64,000 nucleotides of DNA, taken from the NCBI GenBank assembly GCA_021107635.1, contig JAIOSL010000007.1:36188-100187 (forward strand), in the 5' to 3' direction. This DNA comes from an archaeon (GTDB lineage: Archaea; B1Sed10-29; WALL01; JAGHAM01). The stretch's first letter is position 1. Each line of letters opens with the position of its first letter. Below the pieces are notes generated by a model. That model was not told the origin of the DNA, made no database searches, and saw only the letters and a list, made by a program, of their open reading frames with translations. A program made the position numbers and the translations under genes. Of the stretch, positions 37,228 to 47,303 are shown one piece after another.

Positions 37228-37596
37228 ATGAAAGGGCAAGTGTCTCTAGAAATGTTAATAGTCATGCTCATGTTCTTAGCAGCGCTAGCATTATGGCTAG
37301 AAGGTATGTCCAACCTAACAAACGCAACAAACAAAAATCTTGACGCGCACGCCAACAAAATAGCAGCAGACCGACTAGCAAGCACAGCAAACAGCCTTTG
37401 CTTAATGGGAAAAGGCAATCAACGTGAATTGCACCTATTCTTCCCAAAAAACACTAGCATACTATACAATGACAGTCTCTGGATTGGAAGTTTTCAGCGT
37501 GACACCTACTGTCCTGTAAATGTAAATTTTCAAGCTTCTGGAAGTGTTCAAATAAAAGCAGTAAACAACGGTTCAATCATACTCCAGCTACTATAA
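37228..37596 (+). CDS. Class III signal-peptide (pilin-like) protein
   Basis: MKG-QVSLEMLIVMLMFLAAL. Confidence 0.85.
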   Translation: MKGQVSLEMLIVMLMFLAALALWLEGMSNLTNATNKNLDAHANKIAADRLASTANSLCLMGKGNQRELHLFFPKNTSILYNDSLWIGSFQRDTYCPVNVNFQASGSVQIKAVNNGSIILQLL

Positions 37597-37933
37597 CAAC
37601 GCGCTCATACTCTTCTGTTACTAGCGTGCGTTCGATTCTTGCTATTGGTTTGAATTCCTGTTCCAGAATTGCTTTTTCGTTCACGTACACAGAAGCTTTA
37701 ATTCCCAAACTAGAAAGTAACACTTTCATGTGTTCAGTGTCGCCAGTTTCCAACGAACCATCCTTCAATGCTACCTCAAGAAAATCACTAGCTTGCTTGT
37801 AAACAATCACATCGCTCAATTCATCTTGTGAATGAAAAGAAAGCATGTACACAAAAACTAAGCAAGCTAACAGAGAAACCATCGCTTCTAACGTAAACGC
37901 AAAACCTTTACCAGACTTCCAAAATACGTTCAT
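37577..37933 (-). CDS. Class III signal-peptide (minor pilin-like) protein
   Basis: KG-FAFTLEAMVSLLACLVFV. Confidence 0.8.
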   Translation of the reverse strand: MNVFWKSGKGFAFTLEAMVSLLACLVFVYMLSFHSQDELSDVIVYKQASDFLEVALKDGSLETGDTEHMKVLLSSLGIKASVYVNEKAILEQEFKPIARIERTLVTEEYERVVIVAGV

Positions 37934-38270
37934 TTTTTTTGTTCACCTCTCCAACAAAAACCAGCCTGCGCACAATAATACCCTCTGCTTTTGACTCCTC
38001 TCCAAGCTTCAACAAAGAAACATTGAAATGTGTTTCTTTTGGAAGAACGCCCAAAGTTTGCGGAATCACAGATTTACATTCTTCATCATACAAACCATGC
38101 CTGTTAATCAACTCATCCGAAAAAACAATTCGCTCATGCTGAGCTTTAGCGTATTCAACCATGCTCACACTTGACTGCACTGACAAAAATACGCTTGTGA
38201 TAGACAACTGAACCATAACTAAAACGAGTATCGCAGCCACTCCTACGTCAAGCTCTATCAACGAAACCAC
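37908..38270 (-). CDS. Pilin-cluster membrane-anchored protein
   Basis: N-terminal hydrophobic helix (LDVGVAAILVLVMV); overlaps both neighbours. Confidence 0.7.
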   Translation of the reverse strand: MVSLIELDVGVAAILVLVMVQLSITSVFLSVQSSVSMVEYAKAQHERIVFSDELINRHGLYDEECKSVIPQTLGVLPKETHFNVSLLKLGEESKAEGIIVRRLVFVGEVNKKNERILEVW

Positions 38271-38452
38271 CGAGTAAAATTAGATTCTACGTTCCTAGAC
38301 TTACCAAAAGCAAGGGAAGGCTCGCTAAATTCTAACTCAAGTTCAGGCAACTCAAACGATCCAATCTGAGCTTGTACTAACACACCCACAAAAACAAGAA
38401 AGCCTAACAACAACACTAAAAACTCTAACGATACCTGCGCTTTACAATTCAT
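38258..38452 (-). CDS. Class III signal-peptide (pilin-like) protein
   Basis: KA-QVSLEFLVLLLGFLVFV. Confidence 0.82.
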   Translation of the reverse strand: MNCKAQVSLEFLVLLLGFLVFVGVLVQAQIGSFELPELELEFSEPSLAFGKSRNVESNFTRWFR

Positions 38453-38840
38453 GCGAACACCCCACAGGAATCAAAAACACGCTACTAGCATTTCCAGCAA
38501 CAAAACTCGCGCTTAACGCTTTATAAGGATCTGTGTCATACTTTAATTCAAGCGTCAACCCTCCAGGAGACTTTTCTAGAAAATCCTTTGGATTACCCTC
38601 CACAGAAATGCCCTGCTCTTCCATCAAAGCACTCCAATCACCCAAATCAATTCCTTTAACAGAACTCGCCCAAAAAGTATGCTCAAACTCATGTTCCTGA
38701 TTAGTAAGCGTTTGTTGTTCCAACAATTTCACACGCGCCAAAGCAACACATTCCACTGCTCTTGCATGCAAACTAACAGAGTATAAAACAGTAGGAATGA
38801 ACACAACTACAACTAAGAAACTAAACAATCCTCTCCTCAT
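38442..38840 (-). CDS. Class III signal-peptide-like (minor pilin-like) protein
   Basis: MRRG-LFSFLVVVVFI; GGGGGAG RBS upstream. Confidence 0.72.
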   Translation of the reverse strand: MRRGLFSFLVVVVFIPTVLYSVSLHARAVECVALARVKLLEQQTLTNQEHEFEHTFWASSVKGIDLGDWSALMEEQGISVEGNPKDFLEKSPGGLTLELKYDTDPYKALSASFVAGNASSVFLIPVGCSHEL

Positions 38841-38942
38841 TCTCTCCCCCCGTTAGATGCCAGTCATTATGAAAAAACAGGTTTTTATATGTTTAGAAAA
38901 CCTATTCTCTTTTTAAAGGGAACTTTTCATAATTGAGACCCA

Positions 38943-39728
38943 ATGGCTGAGTTGAGGAAACTAAAAGAAGAACGCGACAATCTCAACGAAGAAGCTCGTA
39001 CTCTTATCAAGCAGGGAAAAGAAACTACTGTGCGTGTAAAGAGACTAAGAGCGGAGCTCAGAGAGTTCAAGACAAGTCGGGACGAGGAAAACGCGAAAGT
39101 CAGAGAGTTCAAAGAAAAGCGTGACGCAGTGAACGCGAAAATTCGAACTAGAATCAACAAAATAAACAAAATTCAAGAAGAAATTCGTGGCCTCAAGGGG
39201 GAACTGGACATGCCCTTCCATGAAGCTCGCAAACAACTAGAGCGTCTGGAATGGAAGGTCCAAACAGAGGTAATGAACGTCAGGCAAGAAGAAAAAATAG
39301 TCAGAAAAATCGAAGAACTTGAAGAAGCAACCAAATCAACCAAAGAATTTATGGGCAAAAGAAAAGATTTGGAAAAAATCAAAAAAGAACTTGATGAGCT
39401 CCGTAAAGAAGCCCAAGCATTCCACGAAGTAATGCTAGAACACACACGCAAAAGTGAATATTATCACCAAAAAATGCTTGAACTTTATAAAAACTTGAAA
39501 GCTTTAGAACCAGACTTCAAAGACATCAGTGATAAAATAACAAAAGCCAAGAAAAAAGCAGATAAAGCACACAAACATTACATCGACAACTACAAAGAAA
39601 CCAAAGGAAAAACAGAAAAAGATGTAAAAGAATCAATGAAAAAGAAAGCAGACAAGCTGATGGAAGGATTCAAGAAAGGCAAGAAGCTTACAACAGACGA
39701 ACTTCAAATAATCCAGCATTTCGGTTAA
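38943..39728 (+). CDS. Archaeal coiled-coil protein (COG1340-like)
   Basis: Continuous heptads; LEWKVQTEVM...EEK and terminal FKKGKKLTTDEL. Confidence 0.85.
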   Translation: MAELRKLKEERDNLNEEARTLIKQGKETTVRVKRLRAELREFKTSRDEENAKVREFKEKRDAVNAKIRTRINKINKIQEEIRGLKGELDMPFHEARKQLERLEWKVQTEVMNVRQEEKIVRKIEELEEATKSTKEFMGKRKDLEKIKKELDELRKEAQAFHEVMLEHTRKSEYYHQKMLELYKNLKALEPDFKDISDKITKAKKKADKAHKHYIDNYKETKGKTEKDVKESMKKKADKLMEGFKKGKKLTTDELQIIQHFG

Positions 39729-39935
39729 GCTTTTTTCCCTATGTGACTTCTATACATTCCCACATGATATCGGTATAGCTAATTCTAAGGAAATTTCAGT
39801 TGAAGTGTAATCTCTATATCTAAAACAGTCCTGCATCGATCGGCCCGTGATTCACGCGCTATCGTTACCTAACATTCAAAGCAAACCCTCTGACTTAAGC
39901 AAAACCTTTATATTCCAAGGATTCGTTATCCAATC

Positions 39936-40232
39936 ATGGACGAAGAGGAGATAGCCTATAAAATTGTAGAGCTATACGCCAAAGAAGTCGCAGACCCACA
40001 AGAAAAAAGAAGAATGGGACTAGACACACTGCTTAATGCCTATTTCTATTCACTGTTGCGTCTAACGCGCAAGAAAAAAGAAATGGAAGCCTTCGACAAA
40101 GCTATAACAGCAGAAGAACAATACCTAGCACAAGAAGAACCAATGGAAAAAAAAGATGAAGAAACCATCCCAAAAATGGAATCGGCTCCACTCAAACCAG
40201 CACAACCAGGAGAAGAATTCAAGTTTGACTAA
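39936..40232 (+). CDS. Hypothetical protein
   Basis: 98 aa; TTTATAT box about 25 nt upstream; helical N-terminal half and acidic tail. Confidence 0.75.
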   Translation: MDEEEIAYKIVELYAKEVADPQEKRRMGLDTLLNAYFYSLLRLTRKKKEMEAFDKAITAEEQYLAQEEPMEKKDEETIPKMESAPLKPAQPGEEFKFD

Positions 40233-41386
40233 ACCAAAATTTTGATTATGTCACCATCAGTTAGCTCATGCTCTTTACCTACGCGTCGTCCTGTTTTGCA
40301 ATCAATAGCGCCAATAAACTTCTCTCCAATATCTGAGTGTACTTTAAACGCTAGATCAACTGCTGTTGAACCACAATGTAACAAAAAAGCGTCAGGCAAA
40401 ACATTACCTTTTTTATCACACATTTTATGTTCATCTTCAACAGGATACACAACAATCATCCCAAGCAGTTCGCGCACAGTACGTTCCAAACACTCTTGCA
40501 CGCCAGTACTCCCATACTTTTCTAATAACGCTCTAATGAACTCCAAAGCTTTGGCCTGACCTGCAGGCAACTCACCAAGCAGTTTGAATTCACTTGAACC
40601 AGGAACATAGTGTATCAACTCATGTTCATCAGCTTTTCGCAAGGCAAGCTCTGCTTCCGCACAACAAGGAACGATAACGTTACCTTCCAAACGCGCGTAG
40701 TTTTTTCCAGCGTTTGGCAAGTCCATTTTGTTGGCTGCTAGAGCGATTGGTTTATTTCTCCTGCGGATTTCTTTCACAAGCTCTAACAGTTCTTCATTAG
40801 AAGAAGTTGGAACAACTCCACTTTCTTGCACTGCTCTTTTCACTTCTTCCTCAGACACTTTCAAGCCGCTTAGCTGTTCATACACAAATTCATGAAGCTT
40901 GATTGTTCCCATTTCAACTTGGCGTGCAGCCTGGCTCCATTTTTTCTCAAGAATCCCAAGCATCCAATATTCAATTTCTCGTTCTAAAAAATCAACATCT
41001 TTGCAGGGATCATGGTTTTTAGTGGGATTGCCTTGTTCATCCGTGTTTCCTGAAACATCCACTACATGAATCAACGCGTCTGCATCCGCTAAATCAGACA
41101 AGAATTGGTTTCCCATGCCCTTACCCTTGTGTGCATCCGGTACCAGCCCTGCCACATCTACCAAAGATATCGGCACGAATCGTTGACCATCTATACATTT
41201 GCCGTGCCTAGGAGAGCAAGGGTTCCCTAAACTTTTACATGGGCAATCAGCACGAATATATGCAGTGCCAAGATTTGGTTTGATGGTTGTAAACGGGTGA
41301 GCGGCCATTTCCGCGCCTACTAACGTAGCAGCATTCAAGAATGTGCTTTTTCCACTCGATGGCTTTCCAACCACTCCTATTTTCAT
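40229..41386 (-). CDS. YchF/Ygr210-related OBG-family GTPase with TGS domain
   Basis: GKPSSGKST, PFTTI, DVAGLV, NKMD and VHSDIG. Confidence 0.94.
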   Translation of the reverse strand: MKIGVVGKPSSGKSTFLNAATLVGAEMAAHPFTTIKPNLGTAYIRADCPCKSLGNPCSPRHGKCIDGQRFVPISLVDVAGLVPDAHKGKGMGNQFLSDLADADALIHVVDVSGNTDEQGNPTKNHDPCKDVDFLEREIEYWMLGILEKKWSQAARQVEMGTIKLHEFVYEQLSGLKVSEEEVKRAVQESGVVPTSSNEELLELVKEIRRRNKPIALAANKMDLPNAGKNYARLEGNVIVPCCAEAELALRKADEHELIHYVPGSSEFKLLGELPAGQAKALEFIRALLEKYGSTGVQECLERTVRELLGMIVVYPVEDEHKMCDKKGNVLPDAFLLHCGSTAVDLAFKVHSDIGEKFIGAIDCKTGRRVGKEHELTDGDIIKILV

Positions 41387-41478
41387 TGCTTATATTCTAA
41401 CTATGATTTTTTATAAAAACCAGGGATTACACTCATCTTTCTGAAACTTTTTATACTCTTTTCGTGTTAATTCTATTA

Positions 41479-42669
41479 ATGCAGTGGTCTCAAAAATATG
41501 ATCCAAAGAATATTGATGGAATAGCTGGCAATCCTTCAGCAGTGAAAGCACTTAAAACATGGGCTTCTGATTGGAACTACAAGAAAAAGCCTTTGTTGCT
41601 TGTTGGAACTCCTGGCACAACCAAAACTACTTCCACGCTCGCTCTAGCACAAACTTTTGAATGGGAATTACTGGAAATGAATTCCAGCGACTTACGTAAC
41701 AAAAAAAATATAGAACGCATAGCTGGACTAGCAAGCGTTTCAGCTACCTTTTCTGGTAACAAAAGACTTATTTTATTCGATGAAGTTGATGGAATGTTCA
41801 GACAAGACTTTGGTGGTTCAAGAGCAGTGCTCGAAATAGTAAAACACTCAAGAAATCCTGTGATTCTAACAGCAAATGATGCTTATGCTAAAAACTTGGC
41901 TTCAATCCGCAAATATTGTGAAGTAATAAAATTCAAAAAAATTCACTATAGCACAATCAAAAACAGACTCGCTCAAATATGTGACTCTGAGGGCATTCAA
42001 TATGACGAGACTGCTTTGCTTGAGCTTGCGAAACGCCAGTCAGGAGACTTGAAAGCAGCTATAAACGATTTACAAGCTATTGCTCAAGGTTCAGAAAAAG
42101 TTTCAATTTCAAGCCTTGAGGTTCTCGGCGCAAGAGATAAAACTGAAAGTATCTTCAACGCGCTACGTACTATTTTCAAGAAAAAAAGTTTCGGCGAAGC
42201 CAGAGAGGCTTTTGATGAATGTGAAGAAAATCCTGATTTGTTTATGCACTGGATTGATGAAAATATTCCAAGAGAATATCAAGGTGAGGCTCTCGCTAAA
42301 GCTTTTGAGCACTTGGCTAAAGCATCATTATATGCTGGTAGGATAACTAGAAGGCAAAATTGGAAGCTAATGAAATATCAGATTGCATTAATGTCGTCTG
42401 GAGTATCCTTGGTTGATTCTTCTGAAGGATATACTCAATATCAATTCCCTTCTTTCATACGAAAGCTTGGTGCTTCTAGAGGTAAGAGAGCAACACAGAA
42501 ATCGCTTGCGGATAAAGTAGGGAAACGTATACATGCAGGCAGGAAAGAAGTAATTCAATTCTACTTGCCTTTTTTGCGCGAATTGTTCAAAAAGGATCCT
42601 CAAGGATTTGCTGAGCTGTTCAAGCTTGATGAAAAAGAGTCTGCTTTGCTTTCTGACCAAAATCCTTAA
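41479..42669 (+). CDS. rfcL: Replication factor C large subunit
   Basis: WSQKYDP, EMNSSDLR, FDEVDG, GDLKAAINDLQ and WIDENIPREY; atypical Walker A. Confidence 0.92.
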   Translation: MQWSQKYDPKNIDGIAGNPSAVKALKTWASDWNYKKKPLLLVGTPGTTKTTSTLALAQTFEWELLEMNSSDLRNKKNIERIAGLASVSATFSGNKRLILFDEVDGMFRQDFGGSRAVLEIVKHSRNPVILTANDAYAKNLASIRKYCEVIKFKKIHYSTIKNRLAQICDSEGIQYDETALLELAKRQSGDLKAAINDLQAIAQGSEKVSISSLEVLGARDKTESIFNALRTIFKKKSFGEAREAFDECEENPDLFMHWIDENIPREYQGEALAKAFEHLAKASLYAGRITRRQNWKLMKYQIALMSSGVSLVDSSEGYTQYQFPSFIRKLGASRGKRATQKSLADKVGKRIHAGRKEVIQFYLPFLRELFKKDPQGFAELFKLDEKESALLSDQNP

Positions 42670-42696
42670 ATACCTTAGAGTTTTATACTAGGTTTA

Positions 42697-43356
42697 ATGA
42701 AAAAACGTTTTGCTTTAATATCGTTACTGTTCTTTACAGTTGCGTGCTATGGAATGTCAATAGAACAAGTGGTTGAAGAAGATGGTTCTTCTTTTATCAC
42801 GGCAGAAGTAAGAAAAGGTTATGACTCAAAGTTTTTTGACGTTGATTTCATATGCGAAAATTTCAGTCAAAGCGAGTTTTTTCAAAGGTTTGATGATCCC
42901 AATTGCCAGGAAACCTCTTCGTCTATCATAATAACTGGTTCAACTGACTTAACTGAAGATGATGGGTTTTTCGTTAGTTTTGAGTTTGTTGAATCTATCT
43001 ATGAGTTGAATTCTACTGGAAGTTATTTCAATGCTCTTGTTGGAGAGAGATCTCTTCTTTGGGGTGCCATTCCTCTGAATAATGCTACTGGAAGCATAGG
43101 AGAGTATAAGGCGTTACTTCCGTATAAACTAGAATTACCTGGAAAGATTACTAAAGTTAGAAATGGAGAAAGTGAAAATTTTGAAACTAAAGCAAAATTT
43201 GATTTAGTGGAACTTTATCAAAAACAGAGAGGTATTTATGTTGAATCAAAACAGACCAACTGGCAGTTCTTTTCTTCTCTCATAATATTTTTGATTATGA
43301 TGGTTGGCATTCTTATTGTTTGGATGTCATACTTTTATTTAAAGGGTAAGACTTAA
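42697..43356 (+). CDS. Hypothetical secreted, C-terminally anchored protein
   Basis: Signal peptide; LELPGKITKVRNG strand motif; C-terminal TM helix. Confidence 0.75.
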   Translation: MKKRFALISLLFFTVACYGMSIEQVVEEDGSSFITAEVRKGYDSKFFDVDFICENFSQSEFFQRFDDPNCQETSSSIIITGSTDLTEDDGFFVSFEFVESIYELNSTGSYFNALVGERSLLWGAIPLNNATGSIGEYKALLPYKLELPGKITKVRNGESENFETKAKFDLVELYQKQRGIYVESKQTNWQFFSSLIIFLIMMVGILIVWMSYFYLKGKT

Positions 43357-43409
43357 AGCGTAAAGCTTTTAAAGTTCCTCTTCTTCTTTTAAATTTAAGG
43401 TGAATACGT

Positions 43410-44150
43410 ATGTTAAATAGTCTTTTCCTCTTGGCAGAAGCTGCGTTTGGATTGGATGCGTTAACTTTCTCTCCAGACCCTCAAGTTAATGCACTTCTTG
43501 TTCCACTAGTAATAATCTTCGTTGCATTTTTCTTGCTAGTATTAGGTTATATCTTGGCAGTTGCTGTTGAGATTGTCCTTAAGAAAATGTTCAGAAGAGC
43601 TAAAATTGAAGATGTTATATCTGAACATGGGCTTTCTGGTGCATTGTTAGGTTTTACTTTAAGTGGAATCATAACTACTATTGTCAAATGGACTATTTTC
43701 CTAGCAATTCTTGCTTTGGCTGTAGGACTAATGGAAGGTGCTATAAATCCAGACAGCACTCCTGTTTTGACTGAGTTTATAGTAGGTTTTGTGAACTTTT
43801 TACCTGCAGTGCTTAAAGGTTTGGTAATTCTTGTTGTTGGCTTCTTGTTAGCTGATTTAATTGCAGCTAGAGCTAAAGAAGGAATTCACTTCCATGCCAA
43901 GAGCATGGGCTTAGTTGCTAAACTTATTGTGATTTATTTTACTGTTGTTATCGTGTTAAGCATACCTGAATATGGATTAGAAACTAGACTGCTTTCAACA
44001 GTATTTGAGTATTTGGCATTGGGTGTGTCTTTAGGTGTTGCTGGTGCAATGACCTTAGGAGTTGGTCTTGGATTTAAGGATTCAATAGGACGCATAGCTA
44101 AAAAGCAGGAAAGAGGAATAGAAACATTTTTCTTCGGTTCAGAAGATTAA
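43410..44150 (+). CDS. MscS-related conserved TM-helix repeat membrane protein (CmpX-like)
   Basis: NFLPAVLKGLVILVVGFLLAD and terminal LGVGLGFKD; no cytoplasmic cage domain. Confidence 0.75.
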   Translation: MLNSLFLLAEAAFGLDALTFSPDPQVNALLVPLVIIFVAFFLLVLGYILAVAVEIVLKKMFRRAKIEDVISEHGLSGALLGFTLSGIITTIVKWTIFLAILALAVGLMEGAINPDSTPVLTEFIVGFVNFLPAVLKGLVILVVGFLLADLIAARAKEGIHFHAKSMGLVAKLIVIYFTVVIVLSIPEYGLETRLLSTVFEYLALGVSLGVAGAMTLGVGLGFKDSIGRIAKKQERGIETFFFGSED

Positions 44151-44165
44151 AGTTCACCTCTTTTT

Positions 44166-45761
44166 TTATATTTTTTCCAGGTCTAATTCTAGCACTGCCA
44201 CTGGATGTTCTATTTCCATTTGATTGAGCAACATTGGATGTATCTCTCCAATTATGCCTATTTCTTCTTTTTTAGAATAGATTTTGCCAGTTCTTCCTGG
44301 AATAAATGCTTTTTCAGTTGATTGTTCTAGTGTGTATTCAAAATCAAGATTCTTTGATATTTCATCAAGAATAGACTTTACTTGAGTGAATGTAGCTTGA
44401 GTATCTACTAGAACTGCAGCAAGTTTGCGTTTTGTTTTTGTTTTTTCTATAATGTCTCCTGCTTCAAAGACTTTATGTGGCAAGGGATAATGTCTGTTTT
44501 CTGAAACTAATGCAAGCAAGTTTGGTATTAACGTGTGTCTCATACAATCATGTTCTTCGCTCACTGGATTAGCTAATTCAGTGTATTCTCCACCATAAGC
44601 TGTGAGCAGTTTACTTGAGGTTAACATGTATGTTAAAACTTCTTGAAATCCTGCTCCTACAAGCAAGTCTTGAGCTTTTTCTGTTAGGTCTTCAATTGGA
44701 TGCGATTCGCCTTTAGTGTAAACTTTAGGCATTAATTGTTCTATCTTGTTATATCCATATGCCATTGCTATTTCTTCAACTAAGTCTATTGGATGCATTA
44801 AATCAAATCGATAACATGGAATTTCAGCGATAATGGAATCTCTTTTTTCTTTAGCCTTAAAACCACTTTTTTCTAGAAGTTTGATTGCTTGTTTGATGTT
44901 TAGTTCAAGTCCAAGTCGAATGTTTATGTAATCTATTTTTACTTCTAGTGTTTCTTGTTTCAGTTCTGGACTTTCCACTCTTTTGTCAGAATAGTGCATT
45001 GTAATTGTTTCTACTTTCCCTCTCTCTGAAAGAGCAACTGCCATTAGTACGCAAACTTTTTTGACCAGTCTTCCATCTTCTCCGCTTACGTCAACAAAAA
45101 GGTTTTTTGTGCGTGATGTGAGTTTAGTGTCTTCACTGTTCAAGACAGGTGGCATTGATAAAACAAGATTCTTTTTATCTAGTATTAATGGGTATTTGTT
45201 TGGAGTGACCAGGTGTGCATATTCTTTGCCCTTTTCTGTTTTTTCAAGGACTTCTTGTGCACTCATTGGTTCCTGTTCACCTAATGGAGTAAAATTAATA
45301 TGACTTTTAACGCAATATGTGAGCGGGAATTCGAATGTATCAAGATCATATACACCAATTGAAGCATTTTTTCTTCCACTAGTATAACTAACATGAATTT
45401 TTTCTTGTAATTGCATCAATTGTTCAATCAGTGCGTCATTTAAGAGTACATTGCGCACGATGAACATTCTTGAGTATGGTCTGATGTTTTGTACGCTTTT
45501 GTCAACAGTGCATTCCAATCCACTCTTAGCAAAAGTAACGTCTTTGTTTTTTATTCCAATGTAACTACGTACTGCTCTGGCAATGCCTTCACTGCTAAGC
45601 AGATCTGGACGGTCATGTGTTGTTTCCAATTCTATTTCACCGTTAATCTCGTTTTCTAACTCACACTTGATGTTTGGAAAAATTTGCTCAAGCTCTTTTA
45701 ATGATACTTTTTTGCCTATCAGTGCATTCAAGTCGCTTTGCCTTATTTTTATTTTGGGCAT
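44166..45761 (-). CDS. pheT: Phenylalanine-tRNA ligase beta subunit
   Basis: DRPDLLSSEG, QLQEKIH, SMPPVLNS, DLVEEIAMAYGY and GEIHP. Confidence 0.96.
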   Translation of the reverse strand: MPKIKIRQSDLNALIGKKVSLKELEQIFPNIKCELENEINGEIELETTHDRPDLLSSEGIARAVRSYIGIKNKDVTFAKSGLECTVDKSVQNIRPYSRMFIVRNVLLNDALIEQLMQLQEKIHVSYTSGRKNASIGVYDLDTFEFPLTYCVKSHINFTPLGEQEPMSAQEVLEKTEKGKEYAHLVTPNKYPLILDKKNLVLSMPPVLNSEDTKLTSRTKNLFVDVSGEDGRLVKKVCVLMAVALSERGKVETITMHYSDKRVESPELKQETLEVKIDYINIRLGLELNIKQAIKLLEKSGFKAKEKRDSIIAEIPCYRFDLMHPIDLVEEIAMAYGYNKIEQLMPKVYTKGESHPIEDLTEKAQDLLVGAGFQEVLTYMLTSSKLLTAYGGEYTELANPVSEEHDCMRHTLIPNLLALVSENRHYPLPHKVFEAGDIIEKTKTKRKLAAVLVDTQATFTQVKSILDEISKNLDFEYTLEQSTEKAFIPGRTGKIYSKKEEIGIIGEIHPMLLNQMEIEHPVAVLELDLEKI

Positions 45762-47255
45762 TTAGTCATTCCTCGTTTTGGTTTGTTCAAGCCATGCTAG
45801 ATCATGAGAGAATAGTTCCCTAATGTCTTCCAGACCGAGTTTTATCATTGAAAGCCTGTCAAAGCCGAGTCCCCACGCCATCACTTCTGCGTCTACGCCT
45901 GCTGGCAATCGCACTTCCGGTCTGAACATTCCTGCCCCACCCAATTCTATTTCTCCTAGCGTAGGATGTTCTGCTACTAGTTCAACGCTTGGTTCGGTGT
46001 AAGGAAAAAAGTCTGGATTGAATCTGATTTTTTTTGTTCCTGCGAAAACTTTAGCGAACTCACTTAGCATTCCAAGCAGTTCTCGGAAATTCATGTTTTC
46101 TTGAATTATGATTCCTTCGCATTGAAAGAATTCTGGAAGATGTGTAGCATCAATGACATCTCTTCTGAAATTGCGTGATATTGTAAAGTATTTTGCTGGT
46201 ATCTCATTGTGTTCGTGCATTGCGCGTATGCTTGAGCTTGTTGTGTGGGTGCGGAGTAGCATTTGTTTTGCTTTTTCTGGATTCCATTTGTATTGCCATC
46301 CTTTACTGCCTGTAGTCCAACCGTTTTCGTGTGTTTCTTTTACTTTTTGAGCGTAGTCTTTTGGCAGGGTGCCTTTTTCTGGTTTTTTGATGTAGTAAGT
46401 GTCTTTGGTTGAGCGTGCTGGATGGAATTGTGGTTGGTACAATGCATCAAAGTTGTAAAATTCGGTTTCTATTATTGGGTAACGAAGTTCTTTGAAGCCT
46501 AGCGAAAACAAGTAGCGTCTGGCTTTGTTTAATAGCTCTAGGTATGGTTGTTTTTTGCCGATTTTTAGTGGTGGTGATGGTGCTTGAATGTTGTATTGTC
46601 TGAATTTGGTTTTTTTCCAGGAACCTGTTTTTATCATTTGGCTTGTAAGCATGTTCACAGTCTTTTCTGTTTTGATTCCTTCTTTTAGCAGTTCTTTTCC
46701 TTTAGTAGTAAGCTTTGTTGTGCGTTTGATTTCGTGTGTTTTTTTGATTATTTTGCCGCGTTGTTCTATTATTTTAAGTTCAGGTATTTTTTCAATGTTT
46801 GTCTTTTTTTCTAGGAGTGAAAGAGTTTTTTCTTCTGGCAGTCCTGTTTTGATTGCTTTTTGACCTTCTTGAGTGAGTTCTAGAGTACCCCTGTTAATTT
46901 CTGCGAGTTTTCTTTTCATTAGCCAAGAAAGCGCTATTCCTGTTTTTTTGTCTCCTAATGCTTTTTTGAGGTCTTGCACTGTCTTTGCGCCTTTTGCTAT
47001 GGCGTTCAGTGCTTGTTGTTCTGGAAGTCCTTTTTCTGCGTATTCAAGCCCTTCTTCGTTTAATTGAACATATTCAGTTTTTTGTTCTTTGATTTCGACT
47101 AGTTCTTTAGCTTGTAACCATAAGCATGCACGAGCTACTGAGTCATTTGGTATTCCTGCGGCTTTGCTTAGCTGTTCTTGCTCTAGTTCTCCTTTTTTTA
47201 GTGCTTTTAGTACGAGTTTTTCGTGTTCGTGAAGACTTTCTTTAATTAATTCCAT
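45762..47255 (-). CDS. pheS: Phenylalanine-tRNA ligase alpha subunit (archaeal long form)
   Basis: NFDALYQPQFHPAR, RTHTT, FRRDVIDATHLPEF, FPYTEPS and GAGMFRPE. Confidence 0.97.
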   Translation of the reverse strand: MELIKESLHEHEKLVLKALKKGELEQEQLSKAAGIPNDSVARACLWLQAKELVEIKEQKTEYVQLNEEGLEYAEKGLPEQQALNAIAKGAKTVQDLKKALGDKKTGIALSWLMKRKLAEINRGTLELTQEGQKAIKTGLPEEKTLSLLEKKTNIEKIPELKIIEQRGKIIKKTHEIKRTTKLTTKGKELLKEGIKTEKTVNMLTSQMIKTGSWKKTKFRQYNIQAPSPPLKIGKKQPYLELLNKARRYLFSLGFKELRYPIIETEFYNFDALYQPQFHPARSTKDTYYIKKPEKGTLPKDYAQKVKETHENGWTTGSKGWQYKWNPEKAKQMLLRTHTTSSSIRAMHEHNEIPAKYFTISRNFRRDVIDATHLPEFFQCEGIIIQENMNFRELLGMLSEFAKVFAGTKKIRFNPDFFPYTEPSVELVAEHPTLGEIELGGAGMFRPEVRLPAGVDAEVMAWGLGFDRLSMIKLGLEDIRELFSHDLAWLEQTKTRND

Positions 47256-47303
47256 TTTGTGCCCTCAAACTGCATATTTAAAGGTTCCTGTATTAATAAA
47301 ATT

